A stretch of DNA of 64,000 bases from Alphaproteobacteria bacterium (GCA_965261985.1 OZ253490.1:5378141-5442140), one strand, 5' to 3'; counted from the first letter of the stretch, positions 12,951-23,879 are shown. The notes: a model not told the origin generated them from the letters alone. Program-made: numbers and translations.

Positions 12951-13690
12951 GACGCCGTCGCCCCGAGATACGCCTCGACCACGCTCCGATCCTTCACGAC
13001 TATTTCTGGACCGCCGATCGCAAGGATCTCGCCATGACTAAGAACCATTATTTGATGCGAGACAGAGAGAAGCAGCGAGAGCACATGCTCGATGAGAAGG
13101 ATGGTCATCCCCTGGCCATTCAGCTTCAGAATGAGATCCTTCACGACCTCAACCTCCGGCCTGGTGAGCCCGGAAGCCGGCTCGTCCAACAGGAGTATCT
13201 GGGGAGCCATCGCAATGGCGGAGGCAATCATCATTCGCTTCTTGTGGAGAATGGAGAGGCCCGCCACCGGGCGCTCAAATTCGTCCTCACTGATGCCGAC
13301 AAAGGACAACGCCTCCTTCGCCGCCAACCGGGCCGCCGCAGCGCTTCGCTGAGGACCGCCGTAACTTGCGCCTATGAGCGCATTCTCGATCACCGATAGC
13401 GAAGCGAATTCGGTTTCCTTCTGAAACGTCCGGGCGAGGCCTCGCCTGGCAATCTCGTCCCCTCTCGCACGTCTGATCGATTGCCCGTTGAGCATGATTT
13501 CGCCGGCATCGGCGGAGAACGGCACTCCCGTAATGACGCCAAAGAGCGTACTCTTTCCACTACCGTTGGGGCCGGCAATACCGAAAATCTCGCCTCGGTT
13601 GACCTCGAATGAAACGTCATTGACGGCCTGCAGTGCCCCGAATGACTTCCTAGCGCCTTCGACCACGAGAATCTTGTCGACATCCTGCAT
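12947..13690 (-). CDS. ABC ATP-binding protein (LivG-like)
   Basis: GPNGSGKS, LLDEPASGL, VVEAYLG. Confidence 0.92.
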   Translation of the reverse strand: MQDVDKILVVEGARKSFGALQAVNDVSFEVNRGEIFGIAGPNGSGKSTLFGVITGVPFSADAGEIMLNGQSIRRARGDEIARRGLARTFQKETEFASLSVIENALIGASYGGPQRSAAAARLAAKEALSFVGISEDEFERPVAGLSILHKKRMMIASAIAMAPQILLLDEPASGLTRPEVEVVKDLILKLNGQGMTILLIEHVLSLLLSVSHQIMVLSHGEILAIGGPEIVVKDRSVVEAYLGATAS

Positions 13691-13777
13691 TTCACGCCTT
13701 CCGGGAACCGGAGAGCGAACTGGCAAGCCGAAGACGGCCGGCCCCGGCTGCCCCCTATCGGCTTGCTGCTCCCCAAG

Positions 13778-15055
13778 TCATTTCATCCAGGGTGGCGTCA
13801 TATATTCACCATTTGCGTATTTATCGGGCCAGAAGGTGAAGATGTCTCCATCGCGAACCTGCAAGAACTGCAGCGGGAAATAATCCTCCCCCCACCTCGC
13901 AAGGTGCGTCTTGGGATCGAACTCGAGATGACCGAACATGGTCTCAATCTCGAGCTTGCTGATCGCGTCAGCAACGGCCATTCGATCTTTAGGATCGCCA
14001 ACCTGCCGCAGCCCGGTATCGTAGAGCTTCACGAGCTCGTAAAGTACGGCGCCCTGCGAGCCCGTTTCAACGCCGTACCGCTCTTTGAAGGCGGTCTTAA
14101 ACCTCGGCCAGTCATCATAGCCTTCATACTGTACAGGATACATCATGATATCCGCGACGACCCCGTCGGAATTTTTCCCGGTCAGCTTCCGGTACTCCGG
14201 AATTGAGGGGGGGTACACACTAATCATCAGACTGGGCGTAGGATCCTGCATAAATTGATTCTGAAAGGCCACCGCGTTGTTTAGAGCGTAGTCAATATAC
14301 GCAATGACGTCTGGCGGATCTTGACGAATCTGATTCAGAATCGGGCGCCAGTCACTAATCTCCGAAGCAGGTACTACTTCATCGACTGTGATAGTCCATC
14401 CGAGTTTGTCGAACTCGGGCTTCATGTCCTGGTACATCGCCATGGACCAGGCATTGTCGGCTGCGACAATCGCGACCTTCTTGTTATTCAGCTTGAAAAG
14501 GCCTTGCTGTCGCATTGCCTCCAGGCGGTGGGGGGGGACCAGCCCGTACGCCTTGTAAAGTGGAGCGAGCGACCACACCGTCGGGTACTTGTTTGGGTCC
14601 GGCTCGATTATGACCCGCGTCTGCTCGGCATTGCCTCCAATCAGGTAGAGCATCTTGGCTTCGGCCATATACTCGATCTCGAAGTTCGTCGTACTTGGAT
14701 ATGACCCGATGATCACCTGCACTTCAGGATCGCCGGAAAGCCGCTCGAAAGCGCTGACGACAGCTTCAGTGCTTTGCTCGCGGACGTCTCCGAGAACAAG
14801 CTCGAACCCGTAATTGCTCGCAGCGTCGGCATTGAGTTCGTCCACCGCCATCTGCGCTCCGCGCACACCCTCCTCGCCCTCGGCCGCTCCGGAACCGGAG
14901 ACGAAAGTCAGGACGCCGATCTTGATATTTGGCTTCTGCGCTTCGGCGGTGCCCTGAACGCTCAGCAGCACTGACAAACCGATGGCCGCTGACATCATAA
15001 GCCGCGTGAGGCCCACGCCCCGTTTCAATCGACTGCAGAACTTCATGGTGCTCAT
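13778..15055 (-). CDS. ABC substrate-binding protein (Leu/Ile/Val-binding fold)
   Basis: Signal peptide (AEA), IKIGVL, GAQMAVDELNA; GGAGG RBS; first gene of the operon. Confidence 0.85.
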   Translation of the reverse strand: MSTMKFCSRLKRGVGLTRLMMSAAIGLSVLLSVQGTAEAQKPNIKIGVLTFVSGSGAAEGEEGVRGAQMAVDELNADAASNYGFELVLGDVREQSTEAVVSAFERLSGDPEVQVIIGSYPSTTNFEIEYMAEAKMLYLIGGNAEQTRVIIEPDPNKYPTVWSLAPLYKAYGLVPPHRLEAMRQQGLFKLNNKKVAIVAADNAWSMAMYQDMKPEFDKLGWTITVDEVVPASEISDWRPILNQIRQDPPDVIAYIDYALNNAVAFQNQFMQDPTPSLMISVYPPSIPEYRKLTGKNSDGVVADIMMYPVQYEGYDDWPRFKTAFKERYGVETGSQGAVLYELVKLYDTGLRQVGDPKDRMAVADAISKLEIETMFGHLEFDPKTHLARWGEDYFPLQFLQVRDGDIFTFWPDKYANGEYMTPPWMK

Positions 15056-15391
15056 CGTCGCCTCCTTTGGATAATGCGCCCTTGGTTGTCAGATAAAGCC
15101 TGCCTCCCCTTGAGTCGCGCCGGGCCCCAAGGCTGCCGTCAATTTGGATCAACAAACTAGGTCACCGAAAAGAGGAAAGCAAGAGTTTTGTCGTTTTGTC
15201 GCCGCCCGGGCCGAGTGGCGTCAACTCGCCGCGTGAGAGTCTTGACCGCTTCTGATCAGCCAACTCACGCCCAGTTACTCCGACAAAGCCTTCGGGACCC
15301 ACAGGTGGGTTCCGACGGCCGTTCGACCGTGGGAATGCGGGGTGCGGCGCGTCCGCCCAGCGCCGGCCGGGCCCGTGCCGACTGGCGCACG

Positions 15392-16609
15392 CTAGGCGGC
15401 CACCACCGAGCCGTCGCCGATCAGCGCGTCGATGCCGGCGTCGTCGTAGCCATATTCCGCCAAGACCGCGCACGTGTGCTCGCCATAGATCGGCGCGCCG
15501 GATGCGATCCTGGCCGGGGTCCCGGTGAACTTCACCGGGAAGCCGATGGTTTTGAGCGCGCCCAGGCGGCTATGTTGGACCTGCGTCACCATCTCGCGCG
15601 CCTGCGTCTGCGGGTCGTCGAGCATCTCCCGCACCGTACGGATCGGGCCAGCGGGGAATCCGACTTCCTCGAAGGCGTCCAGCCACTCCTGGGAGCTGCG
15701 CCGGCGGAACAGCGGCTCAAGCGCCTCGTCGAGGGCGGGCTTGTTTTGCATGCGGCGGTTGTTGTCGCAGAAGCGCGGGTCGTCGTTCAGGTGCTCCGCC
15801 CCCAGGACCTTCAGCAAGCGCACCCAGTTCGACTGGTTGCCGCCGCCGATGGTGATCCAGCCGTCGGCGGTCTGGTAGGCTTGGTAGGGGGTGTTCAGCG
15901 GATGGGCCGAACCCAGCGCGCCGGGATTGTCGCCAGTGGCGAAGCAGATCGCTGAGTGCCAGTAGGTTAGGGTGATGCCGGCCTCGTAGAGGGAGGTATC
16001 GACCATCTGTCCCTTGCCGGTGACCTCGCGGGCGTATAGGGCGGAGGTGACGCCCATGGCGGCCAGCAGGCCGGCGGTGATGTCGGTGACCGGCGGGCCG
16101 ACCTTCACCGGCGGGCGGGCGGGAGCCTCCCCGGTGATGCTCATCAGGCCGCTCATGCCCTGGGCGATCAGGTCGAAGCCGCCGTGCTCGGCGTAGGGGC
16201 CAGTGCGCCCAAAGCCCGAGACCGCGCAGTAGATCAGGCGTGGGTGGCGCTTGTGCAGCTCCTCGTAGCCGAAGCCCAGTTTCTTCATAGTGTCGTGACG
16301 GTAGTTCTCGATCACCACATCGGCCTTGGACAGCAGCGTCTCGAGCACCTGCTTGCCGCCCTCGGTCTTCAGGTTGACCGCCAAGCCGCGTTTGTTGCGG
16401 TTCATCATTATGAAGGCTTGGGAATCGCCCTCGTCGGTGGCGGAGATCGTGTCGCGGCGGGAATCATCGCCGCCGGGCACCCGCTCGACCTTGATCACGT
16501 CCGCGCCCATATCGGCCAGCATGCGGCCGCAGGTGGGACCGGCCATCACATGGGCCAACTCGATGACGGTGATCCCGCTCAGGGCCCCCTTGGAACCGCC
16601 GCTGTTCAT
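15392..16609 (-). CDS. Family III CoA-transferase (CaiB/BaiF)
   Basis: AGPTCGRMLADMGADVIKVE, NRNKRG, GFDLIAQGMSG, APIYGEHT. Confidence 0.92.
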   Translation of the reverse strand: MNSGGSKGALSGITVIELAHVMAGPTCGRMLADMGADVIKVERVPGGDDSRRDTISATDEGDSQAFIMMNRNKRGLAVNLKTEGGKQVLETLLSKADVVIENYRHDTMKKLGFGYEELHKRHPRLIYCAVSGFGRTGPYAEHGGFDLIAQGMSGLMSITGEAPARPPVKVGPPVTDITAGLLAAMGVTSALYAREVTGKGQMVDTSLYEAGITLTYWHSAICFATGDNPGALGSAHPLNTPYQAYQTADGWITIGGGNQSNWVRLLKVLGAEHLNDDPRFCDNNRRMQNKPALDEALEPLFRRRSSQEWLDAFEEVGFPAGPIRTVREMLDDPQTQAREMVTQVQHSRLGALKTIGFPVKFTGTPARIASGAPIYGEHTCAVLAEYGYDDAGIDALIGDGSVVAA

Positions 16610-16690
16610 GTCTCCTGTCTCCCAGGTTCAATCTTGCTGTTTTCAGCTTCGTTTCTTCGTTCGTTGGGCGGGGGCGTTCCGAACCCTCGC

Positions 16691-17496
16691 TCAGCGACCG
16701 ATGAACTTCGGCCGCGCCTTGGCGGCGAAGGCGCGGATGCCCGCCGGGTAATCCTCGGTGTCGAAGCAGGCGAAGCCCTCGTCACGCTCGTCCAGCGTCA
16801 GCGACGTCTCCTCGGCCATGCGGCGGATGAACTTCTTGTGCCAGCGGTTGACCAGCGGTTGACCAGCGGCGCGGCGCGCGCAATGCGGTCGACGCAGGCG
16901 GCGACCTCGTCGTCCAGCGATCCGGGCACGACCGAGCGCGAGGCGATGTTCTTGGCGACCGCCTCATCGGCGCCGAAGATCCGGCCTTCTAGCAGGACCT
17001 CAAGCATCGGCCGGAGGCCGACCAGCTCGCACAGCCCCTCCAGCTCCTCGTAGTCTGCGGTCAAGCCGATGCGGTTCACCGGGACGCCGAAGCCTGCGTC
17101 GCTCGCGGCGATGCGGATGTCGCACATGCCGGCGATGTAGAGTTGGCGATGTAGAGGCCGCCGCCCACGCACACGCCACGGATCTTCGCGATGGTCGGGT
17201 GGGGGCAGAAGCGCAGCTTGGACATCACCGAATTGTCGAGTGCGGCGTACTCCTTCGCCTGCTCGGAGCCGCTGCGCGAGTCGTCGAAGTCGCCGATGTC
17301 CGCGCCGGCGCGGATGGCCTTTCTCGCCCGCGCCCCGCAGGACGATCGCGCCGATCGTCTCGCCTTCCGAGAGGTGGGTGAAGATCTCGCCGAACTGGCG
17401 GTACATCTCGACGCTGACTGCGTTCAGCTTCGTCGGCTGATTGAGAGTGACCGTCGCTAAGTGGTCGACGATCTCAAGGTTCACTTCACCTGCCAC
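16691..17496 (-). pseudogene. Enoyl-CoA hydratase/isomerase pseudogene
   Basis: KLNAV, AGADI, CVGGG, CDIRIAA and C-terminal GIRAFAAKARPKFIGR lie in different frames; +1 A at about 17320, a 14-nt duplication at about 17131-17155 and an 11-nt duplication at about 16847-16869. Confidence 0.85.
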
Positions 17497-17612
17497 GCTG
17501 TTCCTCCCTGGCCTCGAGGTCACTCTCCCGGACCAGCTGATGGTGAGCCAGGCGCTAGGACGACGACCTGTTCGGCTCGGCGTTCTCCGGCCGATTTGCT
17601 ATGGCGGCATTA

Positions 17613-17639
17613 TTGCATTTTGTCGACAACCAGTATAAT
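17613..17639 (+). promoter_or_regulatory. Putative promoter overlapped by the palindrome TTGTCGACAA (candidate GntR/FadR operator)
   Basis: TTGCAT..TATAAT enclosing a perfect 10-bp palindrome at 17620-17629 in the divergent intergenic region. Confidence 0.5.
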
Positions 17640-17831
17640 CGCTGCCATGATTCAAGGTCAACTCGCAAAGCACTCGCAAAGCACGTTGCGAAATGGCTTT
17701 CGATCAGACGCCGGCCGATCTGGTGCGAATCGGTCGTATTCAGAGCCCCAGATGGTATCAAATGCCGACATCGCACCGGTGCCGGCGGCGGTGGAAGAAG
17801 GCAGTTGCCCCATCGTAAAAGGTTGGGAACT

Positions 17832-18569
17832 ATGGACCGTCAGACGCCTCGAGACGGAGTGGCATAGTTTATCGCGCCGCCGACGCTGATGACCGCAGTC
17901 GTCGACTATCTAAAGGAAGCAATCCTCAACGGCCGCCATCCTCCCGGCAGCGAGCTGCCGGAAATCCCACCGGCCAAGGCCGTTTCCACCTCGCGGACTA
18001 CGGTGCGCGAGGCCCTGCGGGTCCTGCAGGACATGAGCTTGGTGGTGATGCATCCGCGCCGCGGCGCGAGCGTGGCGTCCATGTCGCCGAAGCTGGTGCG
18101 GGAGATAGTCAGTCTGCGCGCGGTTCTCGAGGCTTTCGCGGTGCGTCTGGCGATCACAGAAGGCCGTATTGGGCGGGCGGACCTGGCGGACATCGAGGCG
18201 GCTTTTGAGCACCTGCGGCTCACCTCCGACAAGGGCGTTTCCTTCGCCACCATCGAGGCCGATATGGCCTTCCACAGGTCCTTCCGCGCCCTCTCGGAGC
18301 GCGAAGTGCTGCTGGAGCAGCTCCGCTCGCTGGACCCGGACCGGGCGGAGGCGGTCGTGAAGACCCACATCACCAGCGTGGGTGAGCGGCTGCCCGTGCG
18401 CCTGCTGGAGCACGCCGGCGAGCATCGCCTAACCGAGGGGCCAGCCCGAGACTCCGCCCGAGCCTCGCCTTCAATTCGCATGAGAACCGCACCGTGCCGG
18501 GCTTTGGATGTCAGCGTCCTGGCGGCTTTGCCTCCTGCGATCATCACGGTGATCCGTAGCTGTCCCTGA
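17832..18569 (+). pseudogene. GntR/FadR-family regulator, degraded
   Basis: wHTH (SRTTVREAL) plus FCD; in-frame TAG at 17865 after ATG 17832; FCD looks internally shortened (LLEQLRSL|DPDRAE). Confidence 0.75.
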
Positions 18570-18671
18570 CGATCAGCGCGATAATCGAATGCGTTCTTCC
18601 TATCCAGCATCCGGTGTGTCACCCTATTTTCGCGCCTCAACCCAGGTCGAGCTGGGGCTATAGCGTGATCT

Positions 18672-18689
18672 TTGCAAACTTGTCGACAG
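18672..18689. promoter_or_regulatory. Second candidate GntR operator (TTGCA-AAC-TTGTCGACAG)
   Basis: Near copy of the 17613-17629 motif, upstream of the TRAP gene. Confidence 0.45.
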
Positions 18690-18855
18690 AAACCAAATCT
18701 GGCAGGGTTTTCCTGAACAGACGATCAAGAATGGCCGCGCCACCGGATTTCCGGGGATCTTCGGCCTGCCGCCATGCGACGGACACAGGGGCCGGAGAAG
18801 GCGACTCCTGCCGCTGGCAATAGGGTGGAATCAGACATTTGGGAGGCGACAGAGA

Positions 18856-19236
18856 TTGGGACATACCTTGTCCGGCCGGAGGAACAGCGGCCTCGATGCT
18901 CGGCGCGCCCGCCCGGCCCGTGCTTTGCTGTGCGGCGCGGCGCTCGGGCTGCTGCTGGACGCGGCCGCCGTGGCCGGCGCTTCGGTGGAGGCCGCCGCGC
19001 AGGAAGTGGGCGCCAACTTCAACCACGAGATGACCGGCTCGGTCGTCGACGACGCAGTCAAGCAAATGGCTGAGGCGCTGGCCGAACGATCGGACGGGCG
19101 TATCGACATCACCGTCCACTCGCGTGGCGAGATGGGCGGCGAGCGCGCGATGTACCACCTAATGCAAGCCGGCGCGATCGAGTTGGGCGTGTCCGGGGCG
19201 GCACGAAGCGGCCGATTCCAGGAGTACTCAGCATGA
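18856..19236 (+). pseudogene. TRAP substrate-binding protein (DctP) N-terminal fragment
   Basis: Signal peptide, ERSDGRIDITVHSRGEMGGERAM...GAIEL; only about 120 aa; no dctQM. Confidence 0.75.
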
Positions 19237-20207
19237 TTCCCTTGATCATGAAGATGCCTAACGCCCGCAAGCTGGTGAACCTTCTCGGGCAGGCGAAGCC
19301 GGGCATGGAGGTGCTCGTCCTTCACGATCCCTTCACCGCCGCCAACGCGAAGGCGCTAGCCATCGCCGTCACCGAGTCCGGTGCATCGCTGACCACCATG
19401 CAGGCGATGCCCGGAGGCTATCATGGGAGCCAACTCTCCAAGCCCGTCGCCGCCGCGATGAAGACCAGCGACCTGATCATCGCCCCGATGCGCCAGAACG
19501 TGGCGCACACTGAGGCGCGGCGGGAGGCCCAGGCGGCCGGCGCGCGGGTGATCGTGCTGCCGGAAGCGCACGAGGACGACTTCTTCCTCGCCCGCGGCTG
19601 GAACGCCGACTTCGAGGCGTTGCGCCCGAAGATCGACGCGGTGGCGAAGGCCTTCCATGAGGCCGAGACCGCCCGCGTCTGGTCGCGCCACGGCACCGAC
19701 ATCACCATGAGCATCAAGGGTCGGCGCGGCCGCTCGCTCAACGGCTTCGTCAACACCATCGACATCTCCGCCGGCTACTGCCTAGAAGCGAGCATCGCGC
19801 CGGTGGAGGGGACCGCTGGGGGCAAGATCGTCGTCAACGCCAGCATCCCCGGCATCGGTCTGATCGAGATGGCGCCCGTCGAGATCATCTACGAGAAGGG
19901 CCTTGCGGTCTCCATAACCGGCGGGCGGGAGGCAGAGACCTTCCGCAAGTTGCTGGAGAGCTTCAACGACCCGAACGTCTACAACCTCGGCGAACTGGGT
20001 GTGGGCATGAACCCGGAGTGCTGCCTCGACGGCACCATGCTCAGCGACGAAAGCGTCTGGGGCGGTATCCAGCTCGCCCTGGGCACCAGCGCGCCCGGCG
20101 GTGAGTGCCGCGCTGCGGCGCACTACGACACCGTCCTGACCGATGCGGTGCTGGAGCTGGACGGGCAGACGATCTTCGACGGCGACGAGCTCGTCCTGAA
20201 GGTCTGA
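19233..20207 (+). CDS. M29/aminopeptidase T-fold protein (NicX-like fold)
   Basis: HGTDITM, EASIAPVEGTAGG, NLGELGVGMNP, DESVWG, HYDTVL; AGGAG RBS. Confidence 0.75.
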   Translation: MIPLIMKMPNARKLVNLLGQAKPGMEVLVLHDPFTAANAKALAIAVTESGASLTTMQAMPGGYHGSQLSKPVAAAMKTSDLIIAPMRQNVAHTEARREAQAAGARVIVLPEAHEDDFFLARGWNADFEALRPKIDAVAKAFHEAETARVWSRHGTDITMSIKGRRGRSLNGFVNTIDISAGYCLEASIAPVEGTAGGKIVVNASIPGIGLIEMAPVEIIYEKGLAVSITGGREAETFRKLLESFNDPNVYNLGELGVGMNPECCLDGTMLSDESVWGGIQLALGTSAPGGECRAAAHYDTVLTDAVLELDGQTIFDGDELVLKV

Positions 20208-21185
20208 GAGCCTGACTCGAAACTCGTTCAATGCTGGCAAGACCTTGCGATCCGCCGCGTTGTGAGTCGGATATGGGCGATGTTGATCCATGCCTCGCTG
20301 GAGGCGGTGGATTTCTCCCAGTCTTTTGCCAGCCGCCGACATCGCCCGAGCCATGCAAAGGTGCGTTCGACGACCCATCGTCGGGGCAGGACTTCGAAGC
20401 CCCCCGCCTCCGCGGGGGCAGGCTCCTGGCGGTGTCGGAGCGCTTGACGATCTCGAGCGTCCACTTTCCGATCCTGTCCAGGGCGCCGCGCAGTTTCGGT
20501 CCGGCGTATCCGCCGTCGGCAAACAGGTGACGCAGCCAGGGGCATGTATGGCGTATCGCTTTCAGCACTGCCGGAGCGCCGTCGCGGTCCTGAACGTCGG
20601 CTGCGTGCACCACCAGTCCGAAGAGCATTCCGGTGGTGTCGACGACGGCGTGACGCTTGCGGCCCCCGGATCGGGTCCGGGGCAGGCTCTTGATCTTCTT
20701 TCCGGCATCGTAGCCGCTAACCCCGCCTGCCTCCGTGGTTTTCACCGTCTGGCTGTCGATGACGCCTGCGGTCGGCTGGGCCTCGCGACCCTCCCGTTCA
20801 CGCGCCTGCATGGCCAGATGGAACCGGATCGTCTGCCACAGCCTGCTGTCGCGCCACTCGTAGAAATAGCGCTGCACCGTCGAGACCGGCGGGAAGTCCT
20901 TGGGCAGCATTCGCCATTGGCATCCCGTCGAGGCCATATACAGCACCGCGTTCACAACCTCGCGCAGGTCGGTCTTGCGCGGGCGACCGATACGCTGCGG
21001 CGCCGGCATGAAGGGCTCGATCAACGCCCACTCGCGGTCGGTCAAATCGCTTGCGTAGCGCGGGCAGTCGCGCCGATACTCACGGCGGGCGGTTTCGGTC
21101 CAGGGCATTTGTGGCTCCGTTCAGCTTCGTAACCGAACAGAATCACAAACCCTTGAAACCGCTCAACTCTTTTCGGGTCAGGCTC
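20208..21185 (-). mobile_element. IS5-family element (IS1031/IS427-like), copy 1, transposase frameshifted
   Basis: IRs GAGCCTGAC...GTCAGGCTC, TNA flanks; transposase from 21108 ([26 protein letters not shown]) with two hairpin insertions. Confidence 0.92.
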
Positions 21186-21188
21186 TAA

Positions 21189-21220
21189 GGGAAATCCAGC
21201 CCAAAGTCCGACAGACTGCT
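21189..21220 (-). mobile_element. Displaced left end of the IS1182 element at 34037-35570
   Basis: CCCAAAGTCCGACAGACTGCT is identical to the IS1182 right end at 35550-35570. Confidence 0.8.
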
Positions 21221-22656
21221 AGGACACTCTGGACGTCCGCCTTGACGGCGAGATCGGGCACCCGTTGGTTCACGCCGTCCAGAAAGGCGTCGAAGCATTC
21301 GCCGGCCACCTCGAACCACTCTCCCTTGCTGGCGCTATACATGCCCACGTCGGCATACGGGATTCCTGCCTTCGCCGCGACTTCGCTCACTTGGTGCAGA
21401 ATGTCGGACCGCTGGCTCCTGGGTACCTTGTCGGCTTTGCTTATCACGAGGTAGATGCCGTCGTCCGTCCTCCCCGCACCGTCGCCCGCGCCCCGCTGGT
21501 CGACGAACCGCTTGATTTACTCGACATCTCCCGCTAGCAGCGTGCCGCGCTCGCAGTCGATCACCCACACGAGGTGGTGCGCGGCCAGGACCTCGTCTAA
21601 CGTCAGATCCACATCGCGACGCTGCACTTGGTCCGCCTCCGGGTTCGTGTAGCCAGGCGTGTCCACGAAGGCGACCCGGCTCCACACGGCCAGATCCGGC
21701 GTCGACACGACCACGCGGTCGACGATCTCCTTGAGGGCGATACCGTACATTTTCTCGAAGTCGTGCGTGATCGCGCGCCGCGTTCGCTCGTCAAGCTGCT
21801 TCTTCCCACCCGCCTTGTTGAACGACGAGATGTCCAACGGGGCGTCCGGCACGTGGTGCACGTATGTCGGGATCGAGGTCGTTGGCGTGATCCGGGTAGG
21901 CAGCAGGCTGGATTCCGCACCGATCAGCGAGTTGATGAAGCTGGACTTCCCGCTGCTGAACCCGCCCGCGACGGCGACGATGCTCTTGCCCACAAGCCGC
22001 GGTGCGTACCGCATCCGCGCCATCTTGGACTGGATGATGGTCAACTCCGCATAGGCGTCCGCCTTCGCCGGGAAGTCGTCGAGACGGGACTCTTCCCGGT
22101 ACTCGGACAGCAGCTCAGCGAATTCCTTGAACGCGCCTTCGATGTCCTCGTCGACGTGCGCCTCGGCCAACATGATCGACCCGACCAAGCGGATATCGTC
22201 GCAGTAGCGGACCGCGTGGTCCGCCAGGATGTCAACTGCCTCCTCGCCGCGCTCCACATCAGCGGCGACCTCCTCCAACCGGCGATCCGCCCCTTCGTAC
22301 ATCTGCGCTGCTTTCCCGTCCCGCGGCGCGAGCCACTCGTCCTTCATGTCAGCTCGAAGCAGCGTCTTCGCCGACGCGACCGCCGACTCCAGCCGCCGCA
22401 AGTCCCCAACGAGCGCGTCTAGGTCGTCGAAATCCGCGCGGATGCGCGAGGCAGCGCGGTCGAGTGCCGAACGGAGCGACTCGACGGGTACGGAGCCCTC
22501 CAGGCCACGCCGTCCGCGCAACAGCCACCGGAAACGGTCCGCGAGCGCCCGGATGCGCCGAAACCGCAGCGCCTGCTCCGCCAGTCGCTCGACGTCCCGT
22601 TCGGATTCGTCGAGACATGTCCGTATCGCTTCCAGACGACGCGAGCAGTCGGCGGC
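21221..22656 (-). pseudogene. Dynamin-like GTPase, truncated at both ends with an internal stop
   Basis: G1 AGGFSSGKSSFIN, G2 PTTSIPT, G3 FVDTPG, G4 ISKAD in the same frame beyond TAA at 21517-21519; coiled-coil N-part cut by IS630. Confidence 0.8.
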
Positions 22657-22658
22657 TA

Positions 22659-23877
22659 GTGTCCTGTCATACATGATATGTCGTATATTTTATGGTAGCT
22701 TTCTCGTCGTCCAACGACGGCGAGGAGGTCGGGATGAAGCGTTACGTGGTGACCTTGGAGAAGGAGGAGCGGGACGAGCTCGCGGGGGTCACGCGCAAGG
22801 GCTCGCATCAATCGCAGAAAGTGATCAACGCGCTGATCCTGCTCAACTGCGACGAGGGCGAGTTCAACGAGCACCGGGCGCGCGGGGAGGCCATTGCCGA
22901 GATCCTGCGCATCAGTGCGCGCAAGGTGGATCGGGTCAAGAAGCGTTTCGTCGAGGCGGGCATGGAGGCGGCGCTCGGCGGCCGACAAGGTCGCCGTCCC
23001 AGCTACGTGCGCAAGGCCGACGGCGAGTTCGAGGCGCGCCTGGTGGCACTGAGCTGCGCCGAGCCGCCGGAGGGCTACTCGCAGTGGTCGCTACGGTTGC
23101 TGGCGGACCGTGTCGTGGAGCTCGGCCACATCGACAGTGTGTCGCACGAGACGGTGCGCCGGGTCCTAAAAAAAACGCAATCAAGCCGTGGCGACGCGTC
23201 GGCTGGGTGATTCCCCCACAGGGCAACGCGGACTTCGCCGCGGCGATGGAGAAGGTACTCGACATCTACCGGCGTCCCTACGATGCGACCTTTCCGGTGG
23301 TGTGCATGGACGAGACGCCCCGGCAACTGGTCAGCGAGACACGCGAACCGGTTCGCGCGGCGCCGGGTCGCCCGGCGCGCGAGGACTACGAGTACCGACG
23401 CTGCGGAAGCTGCAACGTGTTCATGGCGACCGAACCCCTGGCCGGGCGGCGCATGACCAAGGTGACGGCGCGCAGAACCAAAACCGACTGGGCGCACTTC
23501 CTCAACGACATCGCCGAGCGCTACCCCGGTGCCAAGAGGATCACGCTGTTGATGGACAACCTGAACACCCACCGCCCCGGCGCCCTCTACGAGGCCTTTC
23601 CGCCGGCCGAGGCCAAGGCCCTGTGGAACCGCTTCGAGTTCGTCTATACGCCCAAGCACGGCAGTTGGCTCAACGTCGCCGAGGTCGAACTCAACGTCAT
23701 GACCCGTCAGTGCCTCAACCGCCGCATCGCCTCCCTTGAGGTCCTGCGCGACGAGGTCGCGGCTTGGCAGGCGGACCGAGACCGCATCCAGAGCAAGGTC
23801 AACTGGCAGTTCACCACCGACGACGCCCGCGTGAAGTTGAAACGTCTTTATCCGACACTTGATGAATGACAGGACAC
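22659..23877 (+). mobile_element. IS630-family element with programmed -1 frameshift
   Basis: IRs GTGTCCTGTCAT/ATGACAGGACAC flanked by TA; orfA from 22734, A8C slippery site at 23168-23176, DDE (CMDET, MDNLNTH, SWLNVAE) to 23869. Confidence 0.92.
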
Positions 23878-23879
23878 TA

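Noticed and set aside
21517-21519. Programmed stop-codon read-through in the dynamin gene
   Set aside because: The stop is TAA in a gene already truncated at both ends; a nonsense mutation is simpler.
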